Origin: Patescibacteria group bacterium
GTDB taxonomy: Bacteria; Patescibacteriota; Microgenomatia; UBA10105; UBA927
Length of the DNA: 64,000 nucleotides
Direction: 5' to 3'
Assembly (NCBI GenBank): GCA_041753515.1
Contig: JBGSUE010000040.1
Location: 8,290 to 72,289 of the forward strand
In this document: positions 19,264 through 29,363 of the stretch, piece by piece
Layout of the letters: every line of letters begins with the position of its first letter
How positions within the stretch are numbered: position 1 is the stretch's first letter
Notes under the pieces: model-generated
What the model was told of the DNA's origin: nothing
The model's input: the letters and a program-made list of their open reading frames with translations, nothing else
The model's database searches: none
Position numbers and translations under genes: made by a program

Positions 19264-19976
19264 AAACGACCGTCATTTTACCGGCACACAATGAAGAAGA
19301 GGTCATCGGCAAGATGGTTACTATGATCAATTCGCTTTTCGATACATGGGTATCCCAGTTAATTGTCGTTGACGATTGTTCAAGCGACAAAACAGCGCTC
19401 ATAGTGAAAAAACTGCAAAAAAAGGACAATCGCATAGTGCTCATCCAAAGAAATCCTCCAGGAGGTGTCGGGCTTGCACTGCGGGAAGGACTCAAACATG
19501 TAGCAAAATCGTCTGACTGGATACTGACGCTTGATGCGGATTTTACCCGCAATATTCCTGATCTTTATGAATTTTTTGCCAGTACGAAAGGTGTCGATGG
19601 ATTGATAGGATCACGATATATGATGCCAAACTCTCTTGTGAGATACCCGTTTTTCAAAAAAGTTTTCAACAGGCTGTTCCACCTTGCGGTCCGCATTATT
19701 TTCGGCGTCACAAATCATGACCTGACGAACAATTTCAAACTGTATAAAAAATCTATGTACCTGAAGCTCCCGCTGTCTGAAAACAGCTATGCCATAAATG
19801 CCGAAACCGGACTGTATCCCATTCTCATGGGATATAAAATAAAGGAACTTCCCGTCACCTGGTACGCGAGAACTCATGATGAAGGGATTTCAAAATTCAA
19901 GCTTCTGTCATTCGGTCCCGCGTACGGACGGGTCATCCTCAATGCATTCAGGCTTTTTCGACAACGACGAGGATAA
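19260..19976 (+). CDS. GT2 DPM1-like synthase
   Basis: VILPAHNEE, VDDCSSD, TLDADF, IGSRY, DLTNNFKLY, KELPV. ATGA-coupled to the upstream GT-C. Confidence 0.9.
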   Translation: MKTTVILPAHNEEEVIGKMVTMINSLFDTWVSQLIVVDDCSSDKTALIVKKLQKKDNRIVLIQRNPPGGVGLALREGLKHVAKSSDWILTLDADFTRNIPDLYEFFASTKGVDGLIGSRYMMPNSLVRYPFFKKVFNRLFHLAVRIIFGVTNHDLTNNFKLYKKSMYLKLPLSENSYAINAETGLYPILMGYKIKELPVTWYARTHDEGISKFKLLSFGPAYGRVILNAFRLFRQRRG

Positions 19977-20649
19977 AGGGGCAGAAAATATCCCGTATCC
20001 CGGGTATTTTTTCAACAACACTGTGTAGCTTCGTAACAAACGGATATCTGTTAATGATTTCCGGAGGAAAAAAACCGAATTTCTTCACGATCTTCACGCG
20101 CATACCTGCATCTGTACACCCGGCCAAAAATCGCCCTATATAACTCGTATATGTCCCTTTTTCAATTTCCCACGTCATATCGCGCCTCAGAAGTATGGCT
20201 AAGAGGTGCCAGGGACTGATGGGATTATTTTCCACAAATATCATCCTGCCTCCTTTTTTCAAATGTTTGGATACATTTCGTGCAACCGACTCGACAAAGT
20301 CCGGAACATGATGAAGTATAAAAAAACCGACCACACTATCAAACATGCTCTTTTTTTGCATCTGAATTCGTGTGAGGTCAAGTACTGATGCCTGTATATT
20401 ATTACCTTGAATCTTTTTTTTTAGTGAATCAATTTCATTCTCCGATATATCAGTCGCGAGCACTGTTTGGACATGATGGGATAGCTCAAACGTAAACCTT
20501 CCCTGCCCTGCCCCGACTTCCAGAATAGCATCTTGTTTTGATATCCACTGCTGAATAATACCAACAATAAATCGCGCATAGGGTTTATTACTTTCAGCTT
20601 TCAGATATTCTGGATCTACCGAGTTGTAAAAATTTTTCTGAGTACTCAT
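19948..20649 (-). CDS. Class I SAM-dependent methyltransferase
   Basis: ILEVGAGQG, ATDIS, FDSV, LHHV, LKKGG. Confidence 0.9.
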   Translation of the reverse strand: MSTQKNFYNSVDPEYLKAESNKPYARFIVGIIQQWISKQDAILEVGAGQGRFTFELSHHVQTVLATDISENEIDSLKKKIQGNNIQASVLDLTRIQMQKKSMFDSVVGFFILHHVPDFVESVARNVSKHLKKGGRMIFVENNPISPWHLLAILLRRDMTWEIEKGTYTSYIGRFLAGCTDAGMRVKIVKKFGFFPPEIINRYPFVTKLHSVVEKIPGIRDIFCPFILVVVEKA

Positions 20650-20654
20650 GACAA

Positions 20655-21773
20655 TCAGATAGTGAGAAGATTTTCCTGAATAATTTTTTCTGCCCAGGAT
20701 TGAGCTGTCATATCCAACCCTTTTTCCGTAAAATGAAATTCATCTACGTGAATCGTATAATCATCATGCGGCAGGAGAGACTGCAGATCAAGATAATTAA
20801 TCCCTTGAGCGGCATAATCCTCCCGTACTAACCGATCAAATTCCAATACCATATCATGCGGTTTCGTCCAATGCGGTATGCTTGCGGCAAACGCACACCA
20901 GTACTCACGGCACACCCCCCTCATGAGCCGGATATTGCGCAGGTACAATGGAAGACCGCGGGACACAACCTTATCCGTAACGGTTGGTGACTGCTGCCAT
21001 ACCTGATCCGGCAAGTACCCTGCCAGATGAAACGTCCGGTCGATTGCCGACGATGTAAATGTCAGAAAATACGACCGGAACGCCCAGTCTGGTAGTGATA
21101 AGGCAAGTGACCGGATGCGTGGATCAAACGGACGCACGTAATTGGAATAGTCCGGCAGGATATTGCCCGTATACATGGAAAACCAGAGATCGTTGACCCC
21201 GTCGTAACTTATGACCAGATCCGGATGAAACTGGATGCCATACATCTCAAGGATGCCGAGAGACGTCTGCGCAATACCGGCATCGAGAGCAAGATTAATC
21301 ACCTCGACTGAATACCCGCTGTTTTTGTAGTATTCGTTCAATTTTTTCTCCAAAAGTGCCGGCCAGGTTGTATCATTGGTCGGTCCGTCCCAGGTTGTGG
21401 AACCGCCCAGTGTCACGATCCGCTTTACGTTTGCCTGTTTTTCATATGGCCTCTCGGGAGTACGGAATCCCAGACTGTTGTTCGTATACGTATACGTTAC
21501 CGTTTTCCCAATAGCCTTTTTATAGACTGTGAGTATTCGTGAATCGAATGGCACAGTCATGAACGGCAGGAACGGATGATCCGTAAACCGCCTGCGGTCT
21601 GCCATCGCCCGCTCTCCCGTCAAAAACGACGGCAGATAGGAATTCATGTCAATCTGCTTCACTTTCACATATATCCGTGATGCAATTTCACCGATCACAA
21701 ACGTCAGAACTGGAAGATAAATCAATACGAATACTAGTCTGAAAACAAAACGCTTGATTCTGAATTTATTCAT
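20655..21773 (-). CDS. Membrane-anchored SGNH/GDSL hydrolase-like protein (acyl esterase or transferase)
   Basis: N-terminal TM, NSLGFR, LGGSTT, VIN.A, YDGVND, DEFHF. Confidence 0.85.
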   Translation of the reverse strand: MNKFRIKRFVFRLVFVLIYLPVLTFVIGEIASRIYVKVKQIDMNSYLPSFLTGERAMADRRRFTDHPFLPFMTVPFDSRILTVYKKAIGKTVTYTYTNNSLGFRTPERPYEKQANVKRIVTLGGSTTWDGPTNDTTWPALLEKKLNEYYKNSGYSVEVINLALDAGIAQTSLGILEMYGIQFHPDLVISYDGVNDLWFSMYTGNILPDYSNYVRPFDPRIRSLALSLPDWAFRSYFLTFTSSAIDRTFHLAGYLPDQVWQQSPTVTDKVVSRGLPLYLRNIRLMRGVCREYWCAFAASIPHWTKPHDMVLEFDRLVREDYAAQGINYLDLQSLLPHDDYTIHVDEFHFTEKGLDMTAQSWAEKIIQENLLTI

Positions 21774-21843
21774 GAAATTTCCATTTCAGTATATGCATGC
21801 GACAAATTCATAATTCGTAATTCATAATTTGTAATTGAATAAA

Positions 21844-22824
21844 TTACCAGTAATGGTGCTTGTTTTTTCGGTAGAACGCAACTGTTTTTTTGAGACCATC
21901 AGCCAGACTGGTTTTAGGTTTCCATCCGGTCAGTTTCCTGATCTTTGTTATATCGCTGGCAAAGTCCCCGGGCTCCATGGCACGCCTCTCGGGCGAAAAC
22001 GGCGCAAATTCCCAACTGCCCCTTCCTGCCGCCTGGATGATCATTTTCACCAGGTGCAGAAACGTATCCGGCGTGTCATCACCAATATTAATAATTTCAC
22101 CATAACAGGTATCTGTTGATGCAGTGCGCAGAATGGCATCCACCGCATCATCCACATACAAAAAATCACGTTTCAGCTTCCCGTCGCCAAATACACGGAT
22201 CACCCCACCGTCCATCGCAAGACGGATAAACCAGTTCACGACACCGTACCTGTCGTGCTTCATCTGACTTCGGGGGCCATACACGTTGGTAAGCCTGAGC
22301 ATCACGGATTTTATTCCATGAACATCGTTATAGACTTTTACTATCTTTTCTGCAGTCAGATTGGTAATTTCATATATCCCGCGGGGATTTGTGGGGGCAT
22401 CTTCACTCACTGGAAGTTTCACTGCGTGACCGTATTGACCACGGGTGCCGGTATAGATGAGTTTGGCACCGGGCGCAACGTAACGCATCGCCTCAAGTAA
22501 AATGGCAGTCCCGCGGATATTGATATCAATATCCGGGTAAGGATTGGTCATGGAAAGGATATGGTCTGTCTGGCGGGCTAGATGGAATACAAAATCCTTG
22601 CCGCGCACGAGCTTTTTAACAGCCGCCTCATCCCTGATATCCGAAAAATCCATCTCAACCTCATCTTTGACTGGATGAAGATTGAACAAATTCCCGCCCT
22701 GGTGCGGGGTGAGATTATCCTGTATTGTCACGTGAGCACCCTGTTTCACAAGGGCAATAGCCAGATTTGATCCGATAAACCCCGCTCCACCGGTTATTAG
22801 TGCTTTTTTGTTTTTACATGTCAT
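21844..22824 (-). CDS. NAD-dependent sugar epimerase/dehydratase
   Basis: ITGGAGFIGS, NVYGP, GDG.LKRDFLYVDD. The YxxxK motif reads YEITN. Confidence 0.92.
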   Translation of the reverse strand: MTCKNKKALITGGAGFIGSNLAIALVKQGAHVTIQDNLTPHQGGNLFNLHPVKDEVEMDFSDIRDEAAVKKLVRGKDFVFHLARQTDHILSMTNPYPDIDINIRGTAILLEAMRYVAPGAKLIYTGTRGQYGHAVKLPVSEDAPTNPRGIYEITNLTAEKIVKVYNDVHGIKSVMLRLTNVYGPRSQMKHDRYGVVNWFIRLAMDGGVIRVFGDGKLKRDFLYVDDAVDAILRTASTDTCYGEIINIGDDTPDTFLHLVKMIIQAAGRGSWEFAPFSPERRAMEPGDFASDITKIRKLTGWKPKTSLADGLKKTVAFYRKNKHHYW

Positions 22825-23771
22825 GTGGCTTGAATTGTAGCATATATAATCTCCAAAGCTTCGTGTGCAGTAGTGGTTTTCATCATCCTTTCACGGACAC
22901 TCGTTGCATCATGAAATCCCTTTATGTACATCTTAAAAAATTTCTTGAGTGATGCAAAGTTTTTTTTTGTACCCCAGACATCTTCAAATAGCACAATGTG
23001 TTTCTCCAGAAGCCGAAGAAGATCCTCATGAGCAATGTCCGTGCGAGAAAATGCCCAGGGGCTTTGAAAGACGCCACGGCCGATCATCACGCCATCCACA
23101 CCCCACTGTTCATGTTTTTGCCGGGCCTCTTTGGCATCGGCAATATCACCATTTCCCACGATGAGCGTTTTGACCCCCATCCGGTCCCGAATTTTAACTG
23201 CTTTTCCGATTTCATCCCAATGAGCCGGCACTTTAGACATTTCTTGAGCAGTCCTGCCGTGTACCGTCAATACATCTATATTCTGCTCCAATACAAACGA
23301 AATCCACTCATCAGTCCGGATATCATGTATCCCTATCCTCGTCTTCACGCCCACAGGAAAATTTCCTGCAGCGCTTTTTACGGCAGAAATAATCTTTCTT
23401 GCACCATCAGGACTGTCTATCATGGCCGCTCCACACCCGAGTTTCATCACCTCCCGGACAGGACACCCCATATTGATATCAATACCGGCAAACCCCATTC
23501 CTGCGATCTCTTTCGTGGCTTTATACATCGTATCGGGATTTTTCCCCCAAATCTGAGCAACAAGCGGTTGCTCGCTGTCCGTAAACCGCAGAGCATCGGA
23601 AACCCATCTTCTCCCGGCAGAACAGAATCCATCCGCACTCACAAATTCGGTAAACATCACATCGGGCTTGGCGCAGGAGGCAATAATTTGCCGGAATACT
23701 GTATCCGTAACGCCATCAAGCGGTGCTAGTGCCAGAAAAGGTTTTGGGAGCTTGTGCCAAAAAGATTCCAT
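22821..23771 (-). CDS. dus: tRNA-dihydrouridine synthase
   Basis: LAPLDGVTD..FR, TEFVS, IDINMGCP, VKTRIG, VHGRT, GNGDI, GVMIGRG. Confidence 0.95.
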   Translation of the reverse strand: MESFWHKLPKPFLALAPLDGVTDTVFRQIIASCAKPDVMFTEFVSADGFCSAGRRWVSDALRFTDSEQPLVAQIWGKNPDTMYKATKEIAGMGFAGIDINMGCPVREVMKLGCGAAMIDSPDGARKIISAVKSAAGNFPVGVKTRIGIHDIRTDEWISFVLEQNIDVLTVHGRTAQEMSKVPAHWDEIGKAVKIRDRMGVKTLIVGNGDIADAKEARQKHEQWGVDGVMIGRGVFQSPWAFSRTDIAHEDLLRLLEKHIVLFEDVWGTKKNFASLKKFFKMYIKGFHDATSVRERMMKTTTAHEALEIIYATIQAT

Positions 23772-23792
23772 AGCGTAGAGTATAATACATTC

Positions 23793-24650
23793 ATGGAATT
23801 ATGGTTTCTGTATGCAGTCGGATCGGTTGTTTTTCTTGCCACATTCTCGCTTTTCACCAAAAAACTGTTCACAAGAGGGTTTGATCCGCTCCTCTACGGC
23901 GGGGCAATGCAGTTTACCGTCGGCGTCATGGCGATCCCGCTGGTATTAATCTACGGATTTTCATTTGATGTTTCTTTCAAAACCGTGACAATTCTTCTGG
24001 TGAGCGGCTTTGTCTACGCTGCCGCCGCATCGCTCAACTATTACGGTCTGTCAAAAACTGAGCTTTCCCGCGCTGCCATCCTCACCTCAACTGCCGCAAT
24101 CTGGGGCATGGTCTCGGGATTCGTATTTTTGGGTGAACCGTTCACCTCCCAAAAAATTCTTGCCATCGTCTGCATTATTTCGGCCATTCTGCTGATCGAA
24201 GGAAAAAACAACAACCTGAAGTTCGCAAAATATGATCTCTTTATCCTCGCCTCGGCTATTTTTTATGCCGTTGGTGCGTCTCTTGATAATATTCTGGTCA
24301 GTCACTCCGATCCGTTTTCCTATCTTATGGTCTCATTCCTGACGGCAGGCACCACAATGCTTCTCATGCATTCACGCCATAATGCGGCTATAGTCCGATC
24401 CACGGCCAGACAAAAGGATTTTATAAAAATGCTCATGCTCAATTCATTTTTTATCCTTTTATCGTATGCCATGATTTTTTCGGCGTATGAAGCGGACGGT
24501 GAAGTATCTGAAGTGTATGCCATCGAACAACTTGAAACCGTACTGACAGCTTTTCTGGGTATACTCATCCTGAGAGAATTCACACGTCTGCCGTACAAAC
24601 TCATTGCAGCAATGCTTGCATTCGCCGGACTCATGATGCTCAAAAAGTAA
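23793..24650 (+). CDS. EamA/DMT family transporter (start corrected to 23793)
   Basis: Two 5-TM repeats, FLGE and LILRE motifs. TATAAT lies 6 nt before the ATG. Confidence 0.88.
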   Translation: MELWFLYAVGSVVFLATFSLFTKKLFTRGFDPLLYGGAMQFTVGVMAIPLVLIYGFSFDVSFKTVTILLVSGFVYAAAASLNYYGLSKTELSRAAILTSTAAIWGMVSGFVFLGEPFTSQKILAIVCIISAILLIEGKNNNLKFAKYDLFILASAIFYAVGASLDNILVSHSDPFSYLMVSFLTAGTTMLLMHSRHNAAIVRSTARQKDFIKMLMLNSFFILLSYAMIFSAYEADGEVSEVYAIEQLETVLTAFLGILILREFTRLPYKLIAAMLAFAGLMMLKK

Positions 24651-24659
24651 CTAAATCTC

Positions 24660-24707
24660 ATTATTAGTATATTTCTGATGCACGTGCATTCTAAATATAC
24701 TAATAAT
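24660..24707. repeat. 48-bp near-perfect palindrome
   Basis: ATTATTAGTATATTT-ctg-ATGCACGTGCAT-tct-AAATATACTAATAAT. Confidence 0.85.
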
Positions 24708-24745
24708 CATATGTACATCTATTTTATTGGATCATCTCAAATACT

Positions 24746-26254
24746 ATGATGCTTCTTGTGATTCTTCTTATACTCAGCGCAACCGTTGCAAACATGAGTG
24801 CGTTTATTGCCCAAATCGCAGCCCAACCGTCCAATACTGTGTATCTTGGGACCATCCATTACTGGGAAGACTACTTTTTTCTTCTCAATCATTTTTTTCA
24901 GGGAGCTCACGGACAGTGGTTGGCGGTAAACCAGCTCACCCACGATATTCCCGGCACCACAATCATTTATTGGTCCAATGTTCTCATGGGAAAAATCGGC
25001 GGACTCTTCGGATTGTCTCCCCAATTCACATACTCCCTCAGTGTTCTTATATTGACGTTTCTTTCCCTTGGCGCACTCTTTATTCTGATTCAAAAACTCG
25101 TACCGGAGAAAAAAAAAGCGCTTCTGGCATTTTTCTTTGCCGTCACAGCCACATCATTACCCAACCGTGTCGTATCCGGAGAAACCGGACAGATGATCAC
25201 CTGGCCGTTTCAGATCTGGGGCACGACCCATCTGGCTCTGGACCGCTTAGGCGGTGCCCCCCATCATTTATTTCGAAATGTGCTTGCTTATATATTTTTA
25301 TATTTTCTATTTTCAAAAAAATCCACCATGTCCATTATCGTTGCCTTTTTTCTTGCTTCTGTTAATCCCACACAAGCCCTTCTATCACTTGGCATATTCA
25401 GCATCGTGAATTGGCAAGACATAAAACGGCTATTACCAACATGGGTTTCCGTAGTGTTTATGACTCTGTGGGTCAACCATGATTTACACTCGGAAGCATA
25501 TCGGGTTGCCGCGGCATGGGACGGATCCCAGAATAGTTACACGACTCTGCCGTTTCTGATGGCGTCAATTGGTCCAATTGGACTCATTAGTCTCATTGGT
25601 CTAATGAAAAAAAATTTTTCCCGTATCGAATTGTTCGGACTCCTGACAATTCTTTCAACATATTTCTATTTCATGACTCCCATCCCGAAACTTCTCCATG
25701 TTTCAAATCTACGGCTTCTTTTTCCCTCAACGCACGTATTTTTCGGCATCTTCGCCGCCAGTGGGGCGTTATATCTTTCAAAAAAAATTCCTCTCGTCCT
25801 CATCCTGATTCTCTACTCTCTTCTCACTATTCCTACTCTCGATTGGGAAATCGGCATGAAAACGTCAAATATCAAACCGAACGACCAGCTCCTCTATCTC
25901 CCTTCCTTGGTGCATGAAGGATTCGTGTATCTGTCTACACAAACTCCCTTTACGGACGTAACCCTCGGCAATCCGGGAAGCCACATGGACATCCTCATTC
26001 CGGCCCTCTCCGGCCACACAACCTATGTTGCCCATTTCTTGGAAACGAAAGATTACCCCCGAAAAAAGGCAGAAACGGAAAAATTCTATTCACTGCAGTT
26101 GACACCGGATAAAGCACAAAAATGGCTGACCGAAAATACCATCAGATATATTTTGTTTACGAAGTATGATGGAGATAAAACGAAGTTTGAAGAAAATTAC
26201 AGCTTCCTGAAACCCGCATTTTCCAATCCGGAAAGTACGGTCTATCAATTCTAA
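24746..26254 (+). CDS. GT-C paralog family A member 2
   Basis: YLGTIHYWEDYFFLLNHFFQG..G.W, APHH, IPALSGHTTYVAH..ET, IRYIL. Confidence 0.75.
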   Translation: MMLLVILLILSATVANMSAFIAQIAAQPSNTVYLGTIHYWEDYFFLLNHFFQGAHGQWLAVNQLTHDIPGTTIIYWSNVLMGKIGGLFGLSPQFTYSLSVLILTFLSLGALFILIQKLVPEKKKALLAFFFAVTATSLPNRVVSGETGQMITWPFQIWGTTHLALDRLGGAPHHLFRNVLAYIFLYFLFSKKSTMSIIVAFFLASVNPTQALLSLGIFSIVNWQDIKRLLPTWVSVVFMTLWVNHDLHSEAYRVAAAWDGSQNSYTTLPFLMASIGPIGLISLIGLMKKNFSRIELFGLLTILSTYFYFMTPIPKLLHVSNLRLLFPSTHVFFGIFAASGALYLSKKIPLVLILILYSLLTIPTLDWEIGMKTSNIKPNDQLLYLPSLVHEGFVYLSTQTPFTDVTLGNPGSHMDILIPALSGHTTYVAHFLETKDYPRKKAETEKFYSLQLTPDKAQKWLTENTIRYILFTKYDGDKTKFEENYSFLKPAFSNPESTVYQF

Positions 26255-26505
26255 TTATAATGCACGGTAATTGACAAAATTTCTATCGCATCTTTGTCAG
26301 GACGGAAAACAAATAAGGCTCGGTATTTCCTATCGATCCTAAACGAATAGACTCCGAATTCTTTCGGTTCAAGTTTTTCAACATGAAGACCCGGATGGTT
26401 AATATTGGTGGTAATGAGAACTGCTTTTGCGTCAAATTTTTTCCTGATACCGTGACGAAGGAGGTCGTCTTTCAGCTTCTTTTTTATCGGCAGGACTGGC
26501 GGCAT
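26251..26505 (-). CDS. RelE/HigB-like toxin
   Basis: HPGLHVEKL....GVYSFRIDRKYRALF..IEILSITVHY. Confidence 0.85.
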   Translation of the reverse strand: MPPVLPIKKKLKDDLLRHGIRKKFDAKAVLITTNINHPGLHVEKLEPKEFGVYSFRIDRKYRALFVFRPDKDAIEILSITVHYN

Positions 26506-26511
26506 ATGAGC

Positions 26512-26796
26512 TCATGTAAAATAATCACTCTGTGAGAGTGCGCTTTTCAGGTCTTTCAGAAAATCAGGGGAATATTTTCCGGTATTTTGAAAACCGGATA
26601 AAATTTTGGCTATAGAACGGGTAGAGGGCGGATCAAGAGGTAGGACACTCGCCTGGTCAACAAGTTCGGGTTTATGGCGCACCAGGCGCAAAACCGCGCG
26701 AAAAAGCTCGCTGCGGCTGGCAAAACCGTATTTGGAAACCATTGAGTCAATAAAACTGACTTGATCGGATGGAAGTGAAATATTCACGGAACTCAT
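26512..26796 (-). CDS. Ribbon-helix-helix (CopG/ParD-like) antitoxin (start corrected to 26796)
   Basis: MSSVNISLP....FIDSMV...GFASRSELFRAVLR. Confidence 0.88.
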   Translation of the reverse strand: MSSVNISLPSDQVSFIDSMVSKYGFASRSELFRAVLRLVRHKPELVDQASVLPLDPPSTRSIAKILSGFQNTGKYSPDFLKDLKSALSQSDYFT

Positions 26797-26832
26797 AACC
26801 AAACTATACCAAACTTTGCCAATTTTTGTCAA
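26797..26832 (-). promoter_or_regulatory. Sigma70 promoter of the RHH-RelE operon
   Basis: Minus strand TTGACA, 18 nt spacer, TGG-TATAGT, 6 nt, ATG. Repeated GTTTGG boxes may be the RHH operator. Confidence 0.75.
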
Positions 26833-27009
26833 AACCAATTTCCCCAACCCCCGACCCAATCGGAGCCTCGGAAAATGGATGGACGTGATGGTATTTTCAA
26901 ATACCCAGTATTGGGTATCTCAAAACACCAAGGCATACGACAATGAAACTACAACGACAGAGCAAACAACGCTCCGGCCTGGGTGTTGACGAACTTATGT
27001 TGTGGGGGT

Positions 27010-27444
27010 CTATTGGGTATCGCGCACGCGGTCACCGGTTTCAACCTCTTCAGACTGCGGGGTAACCATACCCTGAAAAACCGCAGCCAATATTCCAGCT
27101 GAACAGATTGAAAACAGAATCGGCAGTACAACCGTGAGGTAGTACATATTACCGATAAACGTGAAAATCGATGCCACTCCGACCAAAATGTGAACGGCAA
27201 TCATCCCATTTTTTCCGTTACCGTCTGTCCAGCCCCATGACAATGCAATCCCCAAAATTCCGATCAGGAGGAAACACATGTATCCCAAGAAAATCCACAC
27301 TTCGTGAAGCGGATTTCCACCTGAAAGATTGACGCCAGCAACGATCGCCAGCATCAGATTTCCAACAACACCTGCGGTCGGGAGGATTCCCAACCCCATG
27401 GCGGCCGCAAGTTGCAGCCGTTGTTCAGCAGACAGTTTGTTCAT
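27010..27444 (-). CDS. Small four-TM hypothetical membrane protein
   Basis: Hydrophobic ORF with a clear AGAGGAG Shine-Dalgarno sequence upstream. Confidence 0.7.
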   Translation of the reverse strand: MNKLSAEQRLQLAAAMGLGILPTAGVVGNLMLAIVAGVNLSGGNPLHEVWIFLGYMCFLLIGILGIALSWGWTDGNGKNGMIAVHILVGVASIFTFIGNMYYLTVVLPILFSICSAGILAAVFQGMVTPQSEEVETGDRVRDTQ

Positions 27445-27629
27445 TTTTTACTCCTCTTATGTGAATTTTTGAAAAACGCCGGAGATGAAGAGAATTATGT
27501 CTCACCATATCCGGCGTTTCCATCTGAGGAGTATGTGTATGCCTTGTTAATGTACTGGAAGAAACACGATATATTTAAAGCCAGCAAGATAGACTCACAT
27601 CATGATCAACCTGGCCAGGAGTCTATCAA

Positions 27630-27653
27630 AAGAAGAAGAAGAAGAAGAAGAAG
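27630..27653 (+). repeat. (AAG)8 microsatellite between divergent genes
   Basis: Read directly from the sequence. Confidence 0.9.
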
Positions 27654-27716
27654 TCAAGACTATAGGGCTAATTTCGAGGCTGGAAACGGACACCATAATC
27701 CGATAAAATAGAGCGT

Positions 27717-29363
27717 ATGGTCATGAAAAAATATTTTGAACCCGTCTTTGTCGCCCTCTTCATCATCTTCATGACGGCGGTCAACCTGTGGCACGTGATC
27801 TACCACGCACAATCACGGCCGCCAAATACGGTATATGTGGGCATCTCCCACCACTACGAAGACTACTTCTACTACCTCTCCCAACTCACCCAGGGAGCGC
27901 AAAAATCGTGGGAAGTGAAAAATCTCTACACATCCGAACCCATCCCGGCGACTCCTCTCTGGTGGGTAAATATTATACTCGGAAAAGTGTCAGCACTCCT
28001 ACATGTCCCTGTATTTACCGTATATACAGCATCGCTTTTTGCCGCGACGCCACTACTTTTGGCAACGCTGTACCTGGGCTCGCGTATGCTTTTTCCAAAA
28101 AATACTAACCTTCGTCTGGGGACTCTCCTCATAACTGTTCTTGCAACAGCAGGTTATAGATATATTGACGGTCGGATTGATCCAATTGTGTATTTCTATA
28201 ACTATACGAGCTCTCTCAACAGGCTTGGCGGTGTCACGCATCTCATGCTCCAAAACATCCTGTCTCTTCTGATCATTCTTTATGGCTCCGCGATCATTGA
28301 ATCCGACAAAAAAATAAGTAGAAATACCCTTATTGTGAGCATAAGCGCATTCCTTCTGGCTTTCATCAACCCCGTATATGTTGTCCTTGATGCTGTGGCA
28401 ATCTCGCTTGTTGCGCTAACCCGTATTCGCAGAAAACTTCTCACGAGTGCCCTTATTATCGGCATTCCACTGCTGATTCCATATATCCTCATGCAACGCA
28501 CATTTGATATCCCCTTCTACCAGTATTTCCGCTGGTGGGAGTCATCGGTCCTTCGCGCCCCCACATACAACTTTTGGCACTCGTACGGCATCCTCATCTA
28601 TCTTCTCCCTTTGGGGGTTATCCCATTTTTAAAAAAAGGCGGGGCTCTGCGGTGGACCGGACTTGTCTGGGCAGTTCTCCCAGTCATCATGTATTGGTCC
28701 CCCATCCCCGGCATTCTCCACATCCCGGTCTTCCGTCTCACCCAGCCGCCACAGTACCTAATCCTCGGGGCCATTGCAGCGGAGGGCTTATGGATCCTTT
28801 GTCATCCCGAACTTGTTTCGGGATCCCGTTTCATTAACTGGATGCTGAAACGAGTTCAGCATGACGGGAAAAAAATATACAATCATAATAATTCTAAAAT
28901 AATTCTATTTTGGTTATTAACTACTCTATTTCTCATTAATCAATACCCGATGCTCTACGAGGAAGTGCGGGCGCGGCGCGACAACTACACCCTTATCTCA
29001 TGGCTCAACCATATGGATAAAAACCTGTACGAAGGACTTATGACTTTTTCTACCATGCCGCATAATCAGATAGCTCTTGCATTCAACAATCTGGAACTCA
29101 TCGTGCCGGCAATTTCGGGACACACAGTTTACCAGGCCCACCGGTCGCTGACCCTTGAGTATCCGCGCAAAATCGGTGAGGCAGCAACATTTTTCACTAT
29201 GCAGCTTACCCCGTCCGATGCGCTGTCATTTCTTAAAACCAACACCATCGGCTACATCCTCTGGAGAAAATCAGACGGCGACAGACGCGAATTTGAGGCA
29301 TACTATCCATTCCTCACTAAAACCTATGAAAATTCTACTCTCATCATCTATACTGTGCAGTAA
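27717..29363 (+). CDS. GT-C paralog family A member 3, with an in-frame palindromic insertion
   Basis: YVGISHHYEDYFYYLSQLTQG...W....YTSEP, VTHL, VPAISGHTVYQAH..LT, IGYIL. Confidence 0.75.
   Translation: MVMKKYFEPVFVALFIIFMTAVNLWHVIYHAQSRPPNTVYVGISHHYEDYFYYLSQLTQGAQKSWEVKNLYTSEPIPATPLWWVNIILGKVSALLHVPVFTVYTASLFAATPLLLATLYLGSRMLFPKNTNLRLGTLLITVLATAGYRYIDGRIDPIVYFYNYTSSLNRLGGVTHLMLQNILSLLIILYGSAIIESDKKISRNTLIVSISAFLLAFINPVYVVLDAVAISLVALTRIRRKLLTSALIIGIPLLIPYILMQRTFDIPFYQYFRWWESSVLRAPTYNFWHSYGILIYLLPLGVIPFLKKGGALRWTGLVWAVLPVIMYWSPIPGILHIPVFRLTQPPQYLILGAIAAEGLWILCHPELVSGSRFINWMLKRVQHDGKKIYNHNNSKIILFWLLTTLFLINQYPMLYEEVRARRDNYTLISWLNHMDKNLYEGLMTFSTMPHNQIALAFNNLELIVPAISGHTVYQAHRSLTLEYPRKIGEAATFFTMQLTPSDALSFLKTNTIGYILWRKSDGDRREFEAYYPFLTKTYENSTLIIYTVQ
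28801..28865. repeat. TGTC/CGTC-tagged palindromic element 4, in frame within a CDS
   Basis: GTCATCCCGAACTTGTTTCGGGATCC..GGATGCTGAAACGAGTTCAGCATGAC, translated as CHPELVSGSRFINWMLKRVQHD. Confidence 0.9.

Noticed and set aside
27412-27711. 99-aa ORF with poly-Arg
   Set aside because: The poly-Arg comes from the (AAG)8 tract, and the ORF overlaps the regulatory region of divergent genes.
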